Assembly (NCBI GenBank): GCA_964421445.1
Contig: CAYQXL010000011.1
Span: 1-59,360 of the forward strand
Length of the DNA: 59,360 nt
Source: an uncultured Pseudomonadota bacterium
GTDB taxonomy: Bacteria > Desulfobacterota > Syntrophorhabdia > Syntrophorhabdales > CAYQXL01
Reading direction: 5' to 3'
The position numbers and the translations under genes are program-made. Positions 47,327 to 55,615 of this stretch are shown one piece after another. Under the pieces are notes generated by a model. That model saw only the letters and a list, made by a program, of their open reading frames with translations, made no database searches and had not been told where the DNA came from. Every line of letters starts with the position of its first letter. Position 1 is the first letter of the stretch.

Positions 47327-48400
47327 CTATATGCTGAGATGTATTGCATCTTTCCGTATCTTTGTCAAAACACGGGCGCCGCTCTCCTCGACGAGAACGA
47401 GGTCCTCCAGTCTCACACCGCCCTTGCCGGGAATATAGACGCCAGGTTCGATGGTCACAACCATCCCTTCGGCGAGGAGCCCTTCGGCAAGACTGTTGAT
47501 CGCCGGCGCCTCGTGAACGGCCGCTCCGACACCGTGGCCCGTACTGTGCCTGAAATAGTCCCCATAGCCGTGTTTTTCGATGTGGCCCCTGACGACCATG
47601 TCCACGTCTTTCACGGGAACGCCGGCCTTCACCGCGTCGATGCCGAACTTCCGGGCATCGTTTACGATGGTAAAGATCTTCTCCATGTCATCATCGAGAC
47701 GGCCGATCGAGACGGTGCACGTCTCATCACTGCAGTACCCGTCGACCTGTGCCCCGAAATCAAAAATAATCGTCTCCCCCTTTCCTATTTTCCTGTCTGT
47801 CGGCACAGCATGGGGAAGAGCGGCCCTGTATCCCGAAGCAACGATCGTCTCGAACGAAGGCTGTTCCGCACCGCCTTTGCGCATCCCATAGTCGAGGAAC
47901 GCCGCCAGTTCTTTCTCTGTCGATCCCTGCACCAGCATGTCAAGCGTTTTGAGGAAAGCATCGGTCGCTATGGCAACGGCCTTTTCGATCAGAGCGATCT
48001 CGTCCCCGTCTTTCCGTTTTCGTATCTCTTCCACAGGCAGGCCGACAGGTACGAGTTCAATCCCGTCCAAGGTCTCCTGCAACCTCCGGAAGAGATCATA
48101 GGTGACATGAATACTGTCAAATCCGAGCCGGCGCACCTTGTGCCGGGCACAGAGCTCAGGCAGAACATTCGTACCCGCCGAGAGTTCGACAACCTCGGTC
48201 ACGAGCGCCGACGCCCTGGCGTCGGTGATGTATCTGAAGTCGGTCAGAAGGACCGTGTCATGAGCGGTCACCAGAAGGCTCCCTTCGGACCCCCTGAACC
48301 CCGAAAGGTAGAAGATGTTTTCCATTCCCTTCAGGAGGAGGGCGTCGAGGCGCTCCCGTTCCATAACATGGCGAACCTTGTCTATCCGTTCCATCCGCAT
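47327..48400 (-). CDS. Xaa-Pro aminopeptidase (M24B)
   Basis: ALPHA, DFGA...GYCSDETCT, HSTGHGVG..VHE, TIEPGVY and VRLED. Start reassigned because the longer ORF overlaps the TPR gene. Confidence 0.92.
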   Translation of the reverse strand: MRMERIDKVRHVMERERLDALLLKGMENIFYLSGFRGSEGSLLVTAHDTVLLTDFRYITDARASALVTEVVELSAGTNVLPELCARHKVRRLGFDSIHVTYDLFRRLQETLDGIELVPVGLPVEEIRKRKDGDEIALIEKAVAIATDAFLKTLDMLVQGSTEKELAAFLDYGMRKGGAEQPSFETIVASGYRAALPHAVPTDRKIGKGETIIFDFGAQVDGYCSDETCTVSIGRLDDDMEKIFTIVNDARKFGIDAVKAGVPVKDVDMVVRGHIEKHGYGDYFRHSTGHGVGAAVHEAPAINSLAEGLLAEGMVVTIEPGVYIPGKGGVRLEDLVLVEESGARVLTKIRKDAIHLSI

Positions 48401-48408
48401 GGCCGAAG

Positions 48409-48621
48409 CTACCATAGTTTCGTTTTCAAAAGCTTTCGAAAAGCAGGCACATGCTCCCGGGCCTTGAGCTCGTTCCGGATGGCGGCAAGCTTTTCCTTCA
48501 GAACAGGGTTGGCAGGATCCTTCCTGATAAGAACCTGATACATCTCTACCGCCCTTTCGTAATGGCCCTGCTGGTGATAGATATCGGCAAGGGTTGCAGA
48601 GATAATTTTGTCTTCTTTCAT
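48409..48621 (-). CDS. Small single-TPR protein
   Basis: SATLADIYHQQGHYERAVEMYQVL..DP.N. Confidence 0.75.
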   Translation of the reverse strand: MKEDKIISATLADIYHQQGHYERAVEMYQVLIRKDPANPVLKEKLAAIRNELKAREHVPAFRKLLKTKLW

Positions 48622-48740
48622 GTGGCATAATTAAACGTATAAACACGTCAAAAATCAAGTGATTTTTAATGGTTAGTGATCCGACACCACCCTGTTTCCC
48701 CCCTTGAACAGACAGGAAAAAGAGTCTATGGGCCAGACCG

Positions 48741-49463
48741 TCAGCCTTCCCGGAAGAGGGAGAAAATTCGGCGGTGAACAGCGGCTACAAGCACCGGCAC
48801 TCCACCCGTGATCGTAACGATCCGTTCTGCCAGGGAACGGACGTCCTGACGGTCGATTGGCAGATCGTACTTGTTCAGAACTATGATACTTTTCCCACGA
48901 TCGACATCCTTGAGCAGCACCGTATCGCAGAAGAATTGTTCAAAGAGAGCGGGGGTGATCACCGACTCGTCATCAATCCCCATAACCGGGCCCAAGAGTT
49001 CACGGCGGAATACGACCTCCCCTGCCTTCCGCCCCAGGGCATCGAGACCGGCGACAACAAACGTGAGATCGCACCAGGGAGGAATGACCGGTTCGTGGTC
49101 TGAAGGGATCTTGAGCGGCAGGCCCTTTGCTCCGTCGGCCTCGATGAAGAGACGGTCATAGAGACGACCGAGGTCACGGATCGCATCAAGGGAGAGGGCC
49201 GTCAGTTTCCCGTCCCGGACGTCCGCTCCGATCCTTAGCCACCGGACCTCCTTAGAGGGCTCTCCGGGGAGTTCGCGAAAAAGAGCATATGGTTCGACGG
49301 CATAGATCTTTGTCGTCGTCGTCACCGCTGATGAATATCCATCCTCCACGCTTCGCTCTGCGAGATATTCAGAGAGGGTCGTCTTGCCGCCGCCGCCGAC
49401 AAAGGCAAAACACCCCTTCCCCGCCAGGAGGGCTGAAGGGTCAATCCTGCGGATATGCAACAT
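48741..49463 (-). CDS. yqeC: YqeC family selenium-dependent hydroxylase accessory protein
   Basis: FVGGGGKTT, TTTTKI and IEADGAKGLPLK.P..HEP.IP. Confidence 0.85.
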   Translation of the reverse strand: MLHIRRIDPSALLAGKGCFAFVGGGGKTTLSEYLAERSVEDGYSSAVTTTTKIYAVEPYALFRELPGEPSKEVRWLRIGADVRDGKLTALSLDAIRDLGRLYDRLFIEADGAKGLPLKIPSDHEPVIPPWCDLTFVVAGLDALGRKAGEVVFRRELLGPVMGIDDESVITPALFEQFFCDTVLLKDVDRGKSIIVLNKYDLPIDRQDVRSLAERIVTITGGVPVLVAAVHRRIFSLFREG

Positions 49464-49692
49464 AAGGGAATGTTTTTATGCGCTGAACCAGGCTGAGGGC
49501 CTGCTTCTCGTCTCTCTTTCTCACATACAGCGATGCGTAACCCTTCTGGAGGATGAAGAGGCCGTCATAAGCCGTATCCCTGTGTTCCTTGATCGTGTAC
49601 TCGATGTTCTCCCTGTCGAGGGCATCCCTGACCATGTCCATCTCAAAGATGTTCTCGATCGTCGAAAGCCGTATCCACCTGTCGTCGTCCAT
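49441..49692 (-). CDS. DUF2007-like (putative signal-transducing) small protein
   Basis: W..L....N.FE..M....L..E.I pattern and LYV...D..A..L. Confidence 0.7.
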   Translation of the reverse strand: MDDDRWIRLSTIENIFEMDMVRDALDRENIEYTIKEHRDTAYDGLFILQKGYASLYVRKRDEKQALSLVQRIKTFPYVAYPQD

Positions 49693-49781
49693 TCCACTAC
49701 ACCCTGTTGTGGCCGGGACCGAAAACCGGAGCAAAGGGGACGTCCTGGCAGATCGGCTGGCCGGGATTGAGAACAGAGGCT

Positions 49782-50573
49782 TCAGCCATTCCCCTCTTCC
49801 TTTGTCCGTTCGAGAAAAGCATAGGCGCTGTGATTGTGGATGCTTTCATAGTTCTCCGCCTCGATGGCGTAGGAGGTGATATTCAGGTCCCTGTTGAGAG
49901 CCTCGGCAATATCCCTGACCACATCTTCCACAAACTTCGGGTTTTCAAACGCCTGTTCCGTCACATGCTTTTCGTCCTCTCTCTTGAGGACCGAATAGAT
50001 ACCGCTGCTGGCACACTGTTCGATCATGGAGATGAGATCTTCAATCCAGAAAAACTTCCTGAAGGTGACTGTGACGTTCGCCGTCCCCCTCTGATTGTGC
50101 GCTCCGTAGGCACTGATCTCCTTTGAGCAGGGACAGAGCGTGGTCACCGGCACAGACACGGACACGACAAATCTCTTCATCTTCCCCGAGCCGTCCATAT
50201 ACCCGGAGAAACCGCACTGATATTCCATGTAGCCCGGCACACCGGATACAGGAGCCTCTTTTCTTATGAAATAGGGAAACCGGACATGGAGATGGGCCGA
50301 CTCGGCTTCGAGCCGCTCTCTCATCTCTGTGAGAATCCCGGGGAAATTCTGCATGTTGATCATGCTCTTGTTGCTGTGAAGGATCTCAACGAACCGGCTC
50401 ATATGCGTTCCCTTGTACCGGTGGGGGAGGTTCACGTACATATCGATCGTGGCGATCGTATTCTGGAACTCTTTGCTTTTGTCGAGGACAACGATGGGAT
50501 ACTTGACATTCTTCACACCCACCTTGTCTATTTCAATCTGACGGGGATCGGGCATGTTCTGCACGTCCACCAT
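49782..50573 (-). CDS. folE2: GTP cyclohydrolase IB
   Basis: DVQN, IDKVGVK, KGTHMSRF, TTLCPCSKEIS.YGAHNQR, NPKFVED and ESIHNHSAYA. Confidence 0.95.
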   Translation of the reverse strand: MVDVQNMPDPRQIEIDKVGVKNVKYPIVVLDKSKEFQNTIATIDMYVNLPHRYKGTHMSRFVEILHSNKSMINMQNFPGILTEMRERLEAESAHLHVRFPYFIRKEAPVSGVPGYMEYQCGFSGYMDGSGKMKRFVVSVSVPVTTLCPCSKEISAYGAHNQRGTANVTVTFRKFFWIEDLISMIEQCASSGIYSVLKREDEKHVTEQAFENPKFVEDVVRDIAEALNRDLNITSYAIEAENYESIHNHSAYAFLERTKEEGNG

Positions 50574-50580
50574 ATGTCGT

Positions 50581-50949
50581 CTATGTCCCATAGATGGCAC
50601 AGGAGTTTTCAGACTCCCAGACACGAACCTCCCTGGCCCGGACAGGCACCGCAGGAAGATGCCGGGCAAACTCGTCGAAGATGAACCGGGCGATGTGCTC
50701 CGATGACGTCGACCGCTCGCGGAAATAGTCAATCTCATTAAGACAGGTGTGGTCGAGACCGGCAATGATACGGCGAAGGATGTCCTTGAGGACGGCAAAA
50801 TCGATCACCATGCCCTCACCGTTCAGTTCTTCACCTTCTACAACAGCCTCAACGGTGTAGTTGTGGCCGTGAAGCTGTTCGCACTTCCCGTGGTAGGCCT
50901 CAAGTCTGTGGGCAGCACTGAATGTCGTCTTTATGATGAGCGTATACAT
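50581..50949 (-). CDS. queD: 6-carboxytetrahydropterin synthase
   Basis: FSAAHRL...GKCEQLHGHNY, IDF, LDH..LN and VWES. Confidence 0.93.
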   Translation of the reverse strand: MYTLIIKTTFSAAHRLEAYHGKCEQLHGHNYTVEAVVEGEELNGEGMVIDFAVLKDILRRIIAGLDHTCLNEIDYFRERSTSSEHIARFIFDEFARHLPAVPVRAREVRVWESENSCAIYGT

Positions 50950-50955
50950 GCTGTT

Positions 50956-50984
50956 ACTCTATATGGGGCACGGAGCAAAGTCAA
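50956..50984 (-). promoter_or_regulatory. Putative sigma70 promoter of queD (leaderless geometry)
   Basis: TTGACT-17 nt-TAGAGT, 6 nt before the ATG. Confidence 0.7.
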
Positions 50985-51032
50985 GGGAACGGAAGGCGAA
51001 GACCGGGAGGAGAACGATCACCGGAGGCCTGC

Positions 51033-51065
51033 AAAAAAACGGCCGGACGCAAAAGCCCGGCCGTT
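51033..51065 (-). terminator. Rho-independent terminator downstream of rplC
   Basis: Minus strand AACGGCCGG-gcttttgcgt-CCGGCCGTT followed by TTTT. Confidence 0.8.
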
Positions 51066-51088
51066 CACAGTTCATGTCAAACGCTGAT

Positions 51089-51733
51089 TTACGGTTTCTT
51101 GACCGCTTTCCGGACCATGACAAAGCCGTTGGTCGGTCCCGGAATAGCCCCTTCGACAAGAAGAAGATTCGTATCGCCTCTGACCTCGATGATCTTGAGG
51201 CTCTGAACGGTCACTCTCTTCGATCCCATCTGGCCGGGCATCTTCTTTCCCTTAAACGTTCTCCCGGGGGTCATGTTCTGACCTATCGAACCACCGTGGC
51301 GGAAATATTCGTGAGAACCGTGGGATGCAGGAGCACCTCTGAAGCCGTGTCTCTTCATGACACCTGCAAAACCTTTTCCTTTCGATGTTCCCGTCACATC
51401 GACAAACTGCCCCGGCTCGAACATATCGACGGTGATTTCCGAGCCTACCTCGTATCCTTCCATCTCTTCGGCCGTCAGCCTGAATTCCTTCACGAAACGC
51501 TGCGGGCTCACGTTCGCTTTTTTGAAATGGCCCGTCAGGGGCTTATTCACTCTCTTGACCTTTGCAATCTCGCTGAATCCGCACTGAAGGGCATTATACC
51601 CTTCCTTGTCCGCCGTCTTCTTCTGAATAACTAAGCACGGTCCCGTCTGGATCACCGTGATGGGCACCATCGTGCCGTGCTCCGTAAAGGTCTGTGTCAT
51701 TCCCAGTTTCTTTCCCAGTATTCCCAAACTCAT
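51089..51733 (-). CDS. rplC: 50S ribosomal protein L3, stand-alone gene
   Basis: GKKLGMTQ, GYNALQ, VDVTGTSKGKGFAGVMKRHGF, GSIGQ..TPGR.FKGKKM.G and GAIPGP. ATG 51733 follows SD GAGGTG. Confidence 0.97.
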   Translation of the reverse strand: MSLGILGKKLGMTQTFTEHGTMVPITVIQTGPCLVIQKKTADKEGYNALQCGFSEIAKVKRVNKPLTGHFKKANVSPQRFVKEFRLTAEEMEGYEVGSEITVDMFEPGQFVDVTGTSKGKGFAGVMKRHGFRGAPASHGSHEYFRHGGSIGQNMTPGRTFKGKKMPGQMGSKRVTVQSLKIIEVRGDTNLLLVEGAIPGPTNGFVMVRKAVKKP

Positions 51734-51759
51734 ACGTTTCACCTCGAAAAAAGTGTTAA

Positions 51760-51788
51760 ATGATAGTAGAAATGCGGTGCAAAGTCAA
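51760..51788 (-). promoter_or_regulatory. Putative sigma70 promoter of rplC
   Basis: TTGACT-17 nt-TATCAT. Confidence 0.7.
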
Positions 51789-51816
51789 GAAGTTTCAGGC
51801 TTCCCCGGCCGACCCC

Positions 51817-53058
51817 CTACCCCGAGCGGCAGTAGTCCCTGAAATTGTTCACGGCAACAAAGAACTCGCGCATCATGATGACCCAGTAATACTGGCCTTT
51901 TCTCGTCAGGGTCACGATGGAACCATTTTTCTTCAACCCTCCGATGGTCTGAAAAAAAAGAATTTCAGGCATGAGGCGCCAAGATGCATTCACCCCGTGT
52001 TTCCTGGACAAGGCCTCCAGATCGATCGTAAGACCGAAGAGTTTCATGAGAAAATCGTAGAGAAGCCGCTCCTGGAGGGAACAATCCTTCCGGGCGTTCA
52101 CCGGGAACTTTCCCTCGCCAATCTTCGTGATATAGTCGGCAACATCAAAGGTGTTCGCATAGACGCTTCCGGCAAGATACCCGATCGACCCGCTGCCGAG
52201 CCCTGCATACTCGTCGAAATTGACGACATATTCGTCGATGAGACCCGTTTTCCGGGAGAAACACCACGCCGTCGACGGCCCGTATCGATCGGAGAGGGTT
52301 TCGGCGATACGCATATAAAAATCATTTCCCCTGTCATAATCGACAGAGCCGAGACGCTTCTTGACAATCCGTTCCGTCGATGACGACACCATGAGGGGAT
52401 AATAGGTCACCTGATCGACGTCGAGATCGATGATCGTCTCCAGATCCTTCGCAAGGATCTCCTCGGTCTGGGCGGGAAAATTGAATATCATGTCGACATT
52501 GAGGGTCTCGAAAATACCCATCGTCGCGGCTATTCTCTCCCGTATCTCGTTACCGCTGCCATATTTATGGTACCGCTCCGTCGCTTTCAGGATCCCGTCG
52601 TCAAAACTCTGTACACCGACGGAGAGACGTCCCACACCGGCATCCTTCAGCCGCTTCACCTTCTCTGTCGTCAGGTGGTTCGGGTTCGTCTCCACCGAGA
52701 TCTCGCCGATATCGAAGAGCGAACGGGCCGTTTCAAGGGTGAGGGCAAGCTCGTCAACGAGAATGGTCGGCGTTCCGCCGCCCACATAGAGCGCCCTGAA
52801 TCTGTACCCCTTGTCGCGGTAGAGTTCCATCTCCTTTCTGAGGGCCTTGAAATACGCCCGTGCCAGATCCTCCCGAAAGACCATCCTGTTGAAGGAACAG
52901 TAGGGACAGAGTTCCTCGCAGAACGGAACATGGGCATAGAGAAGCCGGGGTATGTCATCGGCGAGGACAGGAACAGAGAGATCCGTCTCCGGGGTGAACC
53001 GGAGGTACCTGTTGTTTTTCGCCCGGGCCACAGAGGCAATGAATCGATCGATAATCAT
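51817..53058 (-). CDS. HemN-like class C radical SAM protein, probable menaquinone C8-methyltransferase (MenK/MqnK)
   Basis: YAHVPFCEELCPYC, YVGGGTP, SVETNP, LSVGVQSF, QVTYYPLM and YANTF. Confidence 0.75.
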   Translation of the reverse strand: MIIDRFIASVARAKNNRYLRFTPETDLSVPVLADDIPRLLYAHVPFCEELCPYCSFNRMVFREDLARAYFKALRKEMELYRDKGYRFRALYVGGGTPTILVDELALTLETARSLFDIGEISVETNPNHLTTEKVKRLKDAGVGRLSVGVQSFDDGILKATERYHKYGSGNEIRERIAATMGIFETLNVDMIFNFPAQTEEILAKDLETIIDLDVDQVTYYPLMVSSSTERIVKKRLGSVDYDRGNDFYMRIAETLSDRYGPSTAWCFSRKTGLIDEYVVNFDEYAGLGSGSIGYLAGSVYANTFDVADYITKIGEGKFPVNARKDCSLQERLLYDFLMKLFGLTIDLEALSRKHGVNASWRLMPEILFFQTIGGLKKNGSIVTLTRKGQYYWVIMMREFFVAVNNFRDYCRSG

Positions 53059-53205
53059 GGGTTTATATTCTCCCGGTAAAACCTCTGAATGTTAAAGCCA
53101 AGTTCCCAAAAAATCAAGAAAAAAGCCCGGGGCGCAGCAAAGTACAGGCCGTGGCGGGCGGAAGGGTTGCCATTTACCATGCCCTGTGATACAAGTATCC
53201 ATTAC

Positions 53206-54597
53206 ATGACCGAATTATTCCGCAAGATACCAAAAATAGACGACATTCTGCGCCATGAGGCATGGAAGGAAGAGATGGCCCATCTCCCCGCCGGTCTCGC
53301 CAAAGAGGCTCTCCACCAGGTGGTGGATGACCTGAGAAACGGGATCAGGACCGGGGTTGTCAACGAAATCCCTTCCGTGGCCGGGCTTGTCCGGGCCGCC
53401 CGGTCCGGGGCCCTTGCCGTCATGGCACCAAAACTGAAAAGGGTTATCAACGGAACAGGGGTTATCATTCACACCAATCTCGGCAGGTCGCTCCTGTCCG
53501 CGAGAGCACGTGACGCTGTCCTGAGCGCTGCGGAAGGATACTCAAATCTCGAATACGACATCGAACGGGGGGAACGGGGGGACCGGTACGGTCACGCCAC
53601 GGGCCTTCTCGAAAAGATCACCGGCGCCGAAGGAGCCCTTGTTGTCAACAACAACGCCGCTGCCGTCTATCTCGTTCTCAATACCCTCTCCGACGGCAGG
53701 GAGACGATCCTGTCACGAGGGGAACTCGTCGAAATAGGGGGCAGTTTCAGGATACCTGAGGTCATGGAGAAGAGCGGCGCCATCCTCCGGGAGGTCGGGA
53801 CAACAAACAGGACCTATGCCGGCGACTTCGAGAACGCCATCACCGATCACACAGGACTGATCGCCAGGATTCATCCGAGCAATTTCAAGGTACGGGGCTT
53901 CACCCATACGCCTCCAAGCAGCGAGATCGTGGGCATCGGAAAGAAATACTCCATCCCGACCTTTCTCGATGCCGGCAGCGGCATGCTCATCGCCCTGCCT
54001 GGGATCGACTTCCGTGACGAACCGCTGATCCCTGCGGAGGTGGCGGAAGGATTCGACGTTGTCTCCTTCAGCGGGGACAAGCTTCTCGGAGGACCGCAGG
54101 CAGGAATCATCGTCGGCACAGAGCGTCACATTTCAGCAATGAAAAAGAATCCCCTCACCAGGGCCCTGAGGCCTGACAAATTCACCCTGGCGGCCCTTGA
54201 GGCCACCCTGACGGCCTATCTCGACCCTCAGTGGGCCCAGTCGGAGATACCGACGTTACGGATGATTCTCGCCTCACCGGAATCACTCGGTAACCGGGCC
54301 CGCCGCCTCGCAGCGGCCATTCTGGCAACCGGGCCCGCCGTCGCCGCAGAGGTCGTCGAGACTCGGTCCGAAGTGGGCGGAGGCACCCTTCCCGACGTGA
54401 CCCTCGTATCGTGGGGGATCGCCATAAAACCCCACCGGCTGCCGGTCCATCTCTTCGAAGAGAGGCTCCGCCGGCAGACGCTTCCCCTTGTGGGACGGAT
54501 CGAAAAAGAGCGGCTGATCCTCGATATGCGGACCCTCTGTGATGACGACGACGAGCTCATCGTCTCCGCCGTGTCGGAAGCCCTCAGGGATGAGTGA
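53206..54597 (+). CDS. selA: L-seryl-tRNA(Sec) selenium transferase
   Basis: VINGTGVIIHTNLGR, VVNNNAAA, ELVEIGGSFRIP, EVGTTNRT and PLP motif FSGDKLLGGPQAG. Start reassigned to MTELFRKIP. Confidence 0.96.
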   Translation: MTELFRKIPKIDDILRHEAWKEEMAHLPAGLAKEALHQVVDDLRNGIRTGVVNEIPSVAGLVRAARSGALAVMAPKLKRVINGTGVIIHTNLGRSLLSARARDAVLSAAEGYSNLEYDIERGERGDRYGHATGLLEKITGAEGALVVNNNAAAVYLVLNTLSDGRETILSRGELVEIGGSFRIPEVMEKSGAILREVGTTNRTYAGDFENAITDHTGLIARIHPSNFKVRGFTHTPPSSEIVGIGKKYSIPTFLDAGSGMLIALPGIDFRDEPLIPAEVAEGFDVVSFSGDKLLGGPQAGIIVGTERHISAMKKNPLTRALRPDKFTLAALEATLTAYLDPQWAQSEIPTLRMILASPESLGNRARRLAAAILATGPAVAAEVVETRSEVGGGTLPDVTLVSWGIAIKPHRLPVHLFEERLRRQTLPLVGRIEKERLILDMRTLCDDDDELIVSAVSEALRDE

Positions 54598-55561
54598 GCA
54601 ATTCTCCCTCACCGGTGACGGAACGAGCCGCCGGCTCGATGTTTTTCTCTCGGAAAACCTGTCGATTACCCGGACCAGGGTCAAACAGATGATCGAACAG
54701 GGCCATGTCTTCGTCAACGGACTCCGGTCGAAGGCATCCCTCCTCGTCAAACCGTCGATGGTCATCGAAGGGACGATCCCCGACGACGAGCCCCTCTCCC
54801 TTGAAGCGGAAGCAATCCCCCTCGAGATCCTCTATGAGGACACCTGCCTCATCGCCATCAACAAGGCGGCCGGGATTGTCGTCCATCCCTCCGCAGGCCA
54901 TTCGTCAGGGACACTCGTCAACGCAATCCTCGCTCATCTCGGTGTCACCCCCGGCACATCGGCAGGAGACCGGACAGAATTCTCCGGACTCACCGACGGA
55001 GAAAAGGGTGCAGCCGTCCGCCCCGGTGTGGTCCACCGTCTCGACAAAGGAACGACAGGTGTGATCATCATGGCGAAAGACCCAACAACCCAGGAGTTGC
55101 TTTCCCGTCTCTTCAAGGAGCGGGCGGTACAGAAGACATACAGGGCCATCGTCGAAGGGGAGATGAAGCTTGATTCGGGAACGATCGAGGGACGAATCGG
55201 TCGCCACCCCGTCGAACGAAAAAAAATGGCCGTCCTCGAAGGGAAGGGACGGGACGCCCAGACATCCTACCGGGTCCTCGGCAGATCGGAGGGCTTCTCG
55301 TACGTCGAAGCATATCCCCGGACAGGACGGACACATCAGATCAGGGTTCACCTGGCCCATATCGGCCATCCCGTCGTCGGCGACCCTGACTACGGCAGAC
55401 GGGCGAAGACCCTGACCGAACGGCCCCTGCTCCATGCCCTGAAGATTCTCTTCCCCCATCCCCGGACAGAGACAGAGCTGACCGTCACAGCACCCGTTCC
55501 GGAGGATATGAAATCATTCCTCGCTGCCTGCCGTTTCGACGAAAGGATCGTGGGTATATGA
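54590..55561 (+). CDS. rluD: RluA-family 23S rRNA pseudouridine synthase (RluD-like, S4 domain)
   Basis: RLDVFL, VVHPSAGH..GTLVN, catalytic VHRLDKGTTG and TGRTHQIRVH. Confidence 0.88.
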   Translation: MSEQFSLTGDGTSRRLDVFLSENLSITRTRVKQMIEQGHVFVNGLRSKASLLVKPSMVIEGTIPDDEPLSLEAEAIPLEILYEDTCLIAINKAAGIVVHPSAGHSSGTLVNAILAHLGVTPGTSAGDRTEFSGLTDGEKGAAVRPGVVHRLDKGTTGVIIMAKDPTTQELLSRLFKERAVQKTYRAIVEGEMKLDSGTIEGRIGRHPVERKKMAVLEGKGRDAQTSYRVLGRSEGFSYVEAYPRTGRTHQIRVHLAHIGHPVVGDPDYGRRAKTLTERPLLHALKILFPHPRTETELTVTAPVPEDMKSFLAACRFDERIVGI

Positions 55562-55615
55562 CAGTTAAATCTATTTATTCTGAGGTCTTACCGTGGTAAT
55601 ATAAACCACTACTTT

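Noticed and set aside
48401-48658. N-terminal 85 aa of the 443-aa peptidase ORF
   Set aside because: This stretch overlaps the real TPR gene in another frame and has non-protein-like composition.
50574-50798. N-terminal extension of the 338-aa FolE2 ORF
   Set aside because: It overlaps queD. FolE2 homology begins at MVDVQN.
51089-53058. Radical SAM gene plus rplC as a ribosomal-protein modification system
   Set aside because: rplC has its own promoter, and the radical SAM protein carries menaquinone-methyltransferase-type motifs, so adjacency alone is weak evidence. Revisit only if the pair proves widely conserved and the MenK assignment fails.
53089-53205. N-terminal extension of SelA in the ORF track
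   Set aside because: It spans the promoter-like region (TTGCCA-17-TACAAG). SelA similarity starts at MTELFRKIP.
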